Source: an uncultured bacterium
GTDB taxonomy: Bacteria; Planctomycetota; PUPC01; DSUN01
Assembly: GCA_965603035.1 (NCBI GenBank)
Contig: CBFDBL010000002.1
Coordinates: 1 to 33,821 of the forward strand
Reading direction: 5' to 3'
DNA: 33,821 nucleotides
The notes under the pieces were generated by a model. It made no database searches. It was given only the letters and a program-made list of their open reading frames with translations, and was not told the DNA's origin. Of this stretch, positions 29,736 to 33,821 are shown piece after piece; the first letter of the stretch is position 1, and every line of letters begins with the position of its first letter. The position numbers were made by a program, and so were the translations under genes.

Positions 29736-31103
29736 ATGACGAGCAAGAAGTGGCAACGGGCTGGCCTCCTGCTCCTGGCCGCGCTGCCGGTGGCGGCCGT
29801 GACCGCCGCCTGGTTCCTCCACCGCTGGCACAGGCTGGGGGAGAGCGGGGCCTACTTCTTCGGCGCCGTGGGCAACCTGTTTGCGCTCGTCGGGCTGCCG
29901 CTGCTGGTGCTGATGGTGGTGCTGGGCACGCGGCTGCCGCTGGTCGAGCGGGTGTTCGGGCTCGACAGGATGATGCGTGCCCACAAGCTGCTGGCGAAGG
30001 CCGTGGTGTCGCTGTTCCTCGCCCACGCGCTGCTCAGGACCCTGAAGCTGTCGATGAAGCTGGGCGAGGGGTGGCAGTGGGGGTTCCTGTTCTCGATGGA
30101 CTGGTCGCACTGGGGGCTGGTGCTTGGCCGGCTGGCGCTCTACGCTCTGGTTGTGCTCTCGCCGCTGGCGCTGGTGGGCGGGCTCTGGGTGCCATGGCGG
30201 GTGTGGAAGACGGGCCACCTGCTGCTCTACCCCGCGCTCGTGCTGGGGTTCGTGCACTCGAGGGCGGTGGGCGACGACATCGCGAAGTTCCCCTACAACG
30301 CGGTGTGGTACGCCCTGGCCGCGGTGGCGGCGGCCGTGCTCCTCTACCGGGTGGTCTACCGCGTCCTGCGGGGGCGGCGCTGCACGTGGCGGGTGGAGCG
30401 GACGGAGCGTGAGACCCACGACACGACGTCGCTCGTGCTCTCCCGTGGGGCGGGCCCGGGAGCGTTCGCCGCGCGGCGGGCCGGGCAGTTCGCGACGCTG
30501 CGCGTCAAGCGCCCCGTGGGCTGGAGCGAGCCGCACCCCTTCACGATCTCGAGCGCGCCGGGGGCCGGGCCGCTGCGCTTCACGATCAAGGCATCGGGCG
30601 ATTTCTCCGCGACCATCCCCGACCTGGAGCCAGGCACGCCCATCCTCTGCGAGGGGCCCTACGGCATCTTCTGCCCCGACTTCGCGCGGGAGAGGAACAT
30701 CGTGCTGATCGCCGGCGGGGTGGGCGTCACGCCCTTCCTCAGCGCCATCCGCCACGCCGCCGCGACCGTGCCGGAGGCCCGCTTCACCCTCATCTGGGGC
30801 AACAAGACCCGCCCCGACATCATCGCCGCCGACGAGCTGGCCCAGCTCGCGCAGACCCCTCTGCTGAAGCTCGTCCACGTGCTCAGCCAGGAGGACGCCG
30901 CGCCGCCCGACGACGCGCCTGCGCAGGTTGCTCTCGAGACGGGATTCGTCGGCGCCGAGCTGCTCAAGCGCCACGTCGACCCCGCCGGCGCCACCTTCTA
31001 CCTCTGCGGCCCGAAGCCCATGCAGCGCTTCGTCCTGGTAGCGCTCAGGAACGCCTTCGGCGTCAAGCCCCGCCAGGTGCGGCGCGAGCTGTTCTTCTGG
31101 TGA
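29736..31103 (+). CDS. NOX/ferric-reductase-like membrane flavocytochrome (bis-heme transmembrane domain fused to an FNR-like FAD/NAD(P)H domain)
   Basis: In frame with track ORF 29691..31103. Start at ATG 29736 (GAGGG 7 nt upstream). His pairs sit in two helices: RAHKLLAKAVVSLFLAHALL (14 residues apart) and TGHLLLYPALVLGFVHS (13 apart), the spacing of NOX-type heme ligands. HPFTISS is the FAD motif, IAGGVGVTPF the NAD(P)H motif, and there is a C-terminal YLCGP. Confidence 0.85.
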   Translation: MTSKKWQRAGLLLLAALPVAAVTAAWFLHRWHRLGESGAYFFGAVGNLFALVGLPLLVLMVVLGTRLPLVERVFGLDRMMRAHKLLAKAVVSLFLAHALLRTLKLSMKLGEGWQWGFLFSMDWSHWGLVLGRLALYALVVLSPLALVGGLWVPWRVWKTGHLLLYPALVLGFVHSRAVGDDIAKFPYNAVWYALAAVAAAVLLYRVVYRVLRGRRCTWRVERTERETHDTTSLVLSRGAGPGAFAARRAGQFATLRVKRPVGWSEPHPFTISSAPGAGPLRFTIKASGDFSATIPDLEPGTPILCEGPYGIFCPDFARERNIVLIAGGVGVTPFLSAIRHAAATVPEARFTLIWGNKTRPDIIAADELAQLAQTPLLKLVHVLSQEDAAPPDDAPAQVALETGFVGAELLKRHVDPAGATFYLCGPKPMQRFVLVALRNAFGVKPRQVRRELFFW

Positions 31104-31136
31104 GAGCCTCTCCCTCCCACGCCGTTACGCTGCGCC

Positions 31137-32510
31137 TCATCGGCTGTCGTGGACACCGGCACACACCCTGTCGAGTCGGGCCTGGAGGTCGGCGGCGACG
31201 TCGGGCTGGCGGCCGAGCACGTCGTCCTGCTCGCAGAGGTCGCGGTCGAGCGCGAAGAGGCGGGGCGGCTGTGGGCTCTTGGCCCAGCGGGTGTCGGCCA
31301 GCTCGCGATAGGGCGCGATGTAGTTGTGGGTGCGGGTGCGGAGGCTGGCGTAGGGGCCGTAGGCGCTGACGAGGTGGGGGTAGCCCTTGCGCTTGCGGAG
31401 TGCGACGGGCACCAGGTCCTGGCCGTCCATGTGCTGCGGCCCCTCCTTGTGGTCGAGGAGCACCAGGACGGTGGGTGCGACGTCGATGGCGGAGACGTAG
31501 TCGTGGACGCGGACGCCGGCGAGCTCGTCGTAGGGCAGGCGCAGGATGAGCGGCAGGCGGGTCTCGGGCTGGACGAGTGCCCAGGGCTGCTTGTGGAAGA
31601 GGCCCATCTCGCCGAGCAGTGTGCCGTGGTCGGAGGTGAAGAGCACGGCGGTCTCGTCGGCGAGTCCGAGGTCGGCCAGGCGGTCGAGCAGGCGGCCCAC
31701 CCAGCGGTCCACCAGGGAGACTTCGCCCGCGTAGAGTGCGCGGATGCGGGCCGCCTCGGCCTCGGAGAAGCTGCCCGCGTCCGTGGCCGGCGCGAAGATC
31801 AGGCGGGGATGGTGCGGCGCGTCGGCGTAGGCAGCGGCATCGCGCAGCGGCGGGTCCCACGGCTCGTGCGGGTCGAAGCAGTCGACCCACAGGAAGAAGG
31901 GGCGGTTCCCCGCGTTGTCCTCGAGCCACCGCATGGCCGCCGTCATCACGCGGGGGGCGAGGTAGTCCTCCTCGCGCCGCCGCCAGGCATTGTTGAGCAG
32001 GTACTGGCGCTGGCCGGGCGGCAGGCTCGAGAGCTCGAAGTCGCCCGCCGCCTCGCCCGCCCAGGCCGCGCCGGCCAGGGCCTCGCGCGGGCCCGAGCGC
32101 CAGCGGTCGGCCTCCTGGCCGCGGACGAACTCCCAGGCGTCGAAGCCCCGGTGGTAGTTGCCCGAGGGCTTGAAGTAGTGGTAGAGGTCGGTGACGAGGC
32201 CGCACGTCACCCCCGCGTCGGCCAGCAGCTCGGCGACGGTGGGCTCGTCGTCGGGGATGGCGTGCCAGGCCGGCTGGAAGCTCAGCCGGTCGCCCTTGTG
32301 CTCGTGGACCTCCCAGCGGGGGAACAGGCGCCGCCCGGTGAAGAAGATGCGGCGAGCGGGCAGGGTCGGCAGGCCCTCGGCGTAGCACTGCTCGAACACG
32401 ATGCCGTCGTGGGCGAGCGCGTCGAGGCGTGGGGTGCGGATCCAGTCGTTGCCGTAGCAGCCGAGATGGTCGGCGCGGAAGGTGTCGGCGCAGACGGCCA
32501 GGACGTTCAT
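31137..32510 (-). CDS. Sulfatase-fold (alkaline-phosphatase superfamily) hydrolase with Thr at the formylglycine position
   Basis: Track ORF 31137..32792. Start moved to ATG 32510 (AAGGGAG 8 nt upstream), giving MNVLAVCADTFRADHLGCYG..TPRLDALAHDGIVFEQCYAEGLPTLPARRIFFTG. The T-L-P-A-R sits exactly where the other two sulfatases have C-x-P-x-R, 9 residues after the conserved Phe in all three. Also TSDHGTLLGEMGLFHK. 457 aa. Confidence 0.85.
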   Translation of the reverse strand: MNVLAVCADTFRADHLGCYGNDWIRTPRLDALAHDGIVFEQCYAEGLPTLPARRIFFTGRRLFPRWEVHEHKGDRLSFQPAWHAIPDDEPTVAELLADAGVTCGLVTDLYHYFKPSGNYHRGFDAWEFVRGQEADRWRSGPREALAGAAWAGEAAGDFELSSLPPGQRQYLLNNAWRRREEDYLAPRVMTAAMRWLEDNAGNRPFFLWVDCFDPHEPWDPPLRDAAAYADAPHHPRLIFAPATDAGSFSEAEAARIRALYAGEVSLVDRWVGRLLDRLADLGLADETAVLFTSDHGTLLGEMGLFHKQPWALVQPETRLPLILRLPYDELAGVRVHDYVSAIDVAPTVLVLLDHKEGPQHMDGQDLVPVALRKRKGYPHLVSAYGPYASLRTRTHNYIAPYRELADTRWAKSPQPPRLFALDRDLCEQDDVLGRQPDVAADLQARLDRVCAGVHDSR

Positions 32511-32547
32511 GCGGCGCACTCCCTTGCTCGCGGATCGGGCAGCCGCC

Positions 32548-32576
32548 ACTATAGGGCTGTCGGCGGCACGGCGCAA
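32548..32576 (-). promoter_or_regulatory. Candidate promoter of the Thr-type sulfatase-fold gene
   Basis: On the - strand: TTGCGC (32576-32571), a 17-nt spacer, then TATAGT (32553-32548), about 38 nt upstream of ATG 32510. Confidence 0.4.
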
Positions 32577-32598
32577 CCGGCTCGCCGTGCGCGAGCGG

Positions 32599-32626
32599 TT
32601 GACACGGCGGCGCCGGCACGTATGAT
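32599..32626 (+). promoter_or_regulatory. Candidate promoter of the TrkA-N membrane protein gene
   Basis: TTGACA (32599-32604), a 16-nt spacer, then TATGAT (32621-32626), 56 nt before ATG 32683. It is divergent from the promoter above. Confidence 0.45.
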
Positions 32627-32682
32627 GCACGGGGCTGGGCGCGCGCCGACGCGCGGCCCGGGCCGTGAGGGAAGGAGCGAAC

Positions 32683-33821
32683 ATGCCACAGGGGACGCGC
32701 GAGCGCCCAGGCGAGCGGCGCGTGGGGCTGCTCGCCGTGCTCTGGAGCTGGCTGGTGCTGGGCGGGCTGTCGAACGCGCGGTGGGTGGTCATCGGCGTGC
32801 TGTGGGTGGCGGCCCTGCTGCTGGGCTTCTGGGGGTTCGCTGGCTACCTGGCCGCGACGGGCCGGGAGGCGACGGGCCTCCACACCCTCTACCTGGCGCT
32901 CCAGCTCTTCACGCTGGAGTCGGGGTCGGTGGCGGTGCCTGCGGCGGTGGGCTGGCAGCTCGAGGTCGCGCGGCTCATGGCACCCGGCGTGATGGCCTAC
33001 ACGGTGGTGCAGGCGTTGGCGGTGATCTTCGCCCAGCAGTTCGCGACGCTGCGCCTGCTGACGCTGCGCGACCACGTCGTGGTGTGCGGGCTGGGCCGCA
33101 CGGGCCTCGCGCTGGTCAAGAGCTTCCGCGAGCAGGGCTACCCGGTCGTGGTGATCGAGAGCGACGAGGGGAACGACGCGATCGAGCAGTGTCGCGACCT
33201 GGGCGCGACGGTGCTGCTGGGTGACGCGACGGAGGGCGCGCTGCTCCGCAAGGCGCGGGTGCCGCAGGCGCGCTACCTGATGGCGGTGTGCGACGACGGG
33301 CCGAACGCCGAGGTGGCGGCCTACGCCGAGGAGATGGTGCGGGACCGCGAGGAGGGCACGCTGACCTGCTTCGCCCACATCGTGGACCTCGAGCTGTGCG
33401 GGCTGCTGCGCGAGCGCGAGCTGTCGCGCCGCCACGCCGACGCGTTCCGCCTCGAGTTCTTCAACGTCTTCGAGAGCGGCGCCCGGGCGCTCCTGGCCGC
33501 CTACCCGCCCTTCGGCCCCGCCGACCCCTGCGAGCCGCACCTGCTGGTCGTCGGGCTCGGGCGCATGGGGCAGACCCTCGTGGCCCGCGCCGCCCGCGAC
33601 TGGAGCGCCCTCGACCGCGCCGACGGCCGGCCCCTCCACATCACGGCCATCGACCAGCACGTCGGCAGTTGCGTCGAGGCCATGGTCCTGCGCCACCCCC
33701 AGCTCGAGCGCTGGTGCCGGCTCGACGCCCTCGAGATGAGCACCCAGTCGCCGGCGTTCCACCGCGGCGACTTCCTGTTCGACGACCAGGGCCGCTGCGA
33801 CGTGACCATCGCCTACATCTG
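32683..33821 (+). CDS. Membrane protein with tandem TrkA-N / RCK-type NAD-binding domains (3' end outside the window)
   Basis: Not in the ORF track because it has no stop inside the window. ATG 32683 is preceded by AAGGAG with a 5-nt spacer. My translation is MPQGTRERPGERRVGLLAVLWSWLVLGG..VVIGVLWVAALLLGFWGFAGYL..LMAPGVMAYTVVQALAVIF (membrane helices), then HVVVCGLGRTGLALVKSFREQGYPVVVIESD (Rossmann GxGxxG) and a second HLLVVGLGRMGQTLV. Third codon positions are G/C-rich throughout. Confidence 0.8.
   Translation, partial: MPQGTRERPGERRVGLLAVLWSWLVLGGLSNARWVVIGVLWVAALLLGFWGFAGYLAATGREATGLHTLYLALQLFTLESGSVAVPAAVGWQLEVARLMAPGVMAYTVVQALAVIFAQQFATLRLLTLRDHVVVCGLGRTGLALVKSFREQGYPVVVIESDEGNDAIEQCRDLGATVLLGDATEGALLRKARVPQARYLMAVCDDGPNAEVAAYAEEMVRDREEGTLTCFAHIVDLELCGLLRERELSRRHADAFRLEFFNVFESGARALLAAYPPFGPADPCEPHLLVVGLGRMGQTLVARAARDWSALDRADGRPLHITAIDQHVGSCVEAMVLRHPQLERWCRLDALEMSTQSPAFHRGDFLFDDQGRCDVTIAYI

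Noticed and set aside
25740-30974. 1,744-aa - strand ORF, the longest in this part of the track
   Set aside because: It is extremely Arg/Pro/Ala/Gly-rich. It runs out of frame through the 1,250-aa gene and antisense through the NOX-like gene. Both of those have clear motifs, signal or TM features and SD-supported starts.
31063-33762. 899-aa - strand ORF and 691-aa + strand ORF (31149..33224) spanning the sulfatase-fold and TrkA-N genes
   Set aside because: The composition is junk (Arg/Pro/Gly/Ala). They cross a divergent promoter region and are out of frame or antisense to two genes with clear domain signatures.

Overview
Very GC-rich (by eye about 70% G+C) bacterial chromosomal segment. The gene content looks like the PVC superphylum (Planctomycetota/Verrucomicrobiota-like), but that taxonomic call is inference only. 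It rests on three sulfatase-family genes, a 2,687-aa PEP-CTERM surface protein built of LamG, PA14 and discoidin modules plus autotransporter-type beta-strand repeats, and HEAT-repeat and OstA-like proteins. Because of the GC content, all six frames carry long spurious ORFs. I chose real frames by G/C-rich third codon positions, protein-like composition, recognisable motifs and Shine-Dalgarno spacing. I support 18 solid CDS and 2 tentative small ORFs. One solid CDS is a TrkA-N gene that runs off the 3' edge and is missing from the ORF track. Starts were corrected for about ten genes. I saw no rRNA, tRNA, CRISPR array, transposase or integrase. The signals most worth follow-up are: (1) two tandem asparagine-synthetase-fold genes whose glutaminase nucleophile Cys is Tyr, lying next to a cytidylyltransferase plus TagF-like phosphotransferase pair and sharing a 158-bp identical tract; (2) a 1.45-kb noncoding gap holding an exact 165-bp tandem array, each unit headed by the perfect palindrome CATTTGCGCAAATG, just upstream of a sulfatase gene; (3) an in-frame 1,899-bp-offset duplication inside the giant surface-protein gene, with a core of about 370 bp that is nearly identical; (4) an inverted pair of REP-like hairpin elements with compensatory stem changes; (5) a 1,250-aa secreted protein with order-swapped internal repeats; (6) a sulfatase-fold gene with Thr at the formylglycine position; (7) a coding-like out-of-frame 3' tail on another sulfatase gene. 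All functional calls come from motif reading only; no database search was possible.
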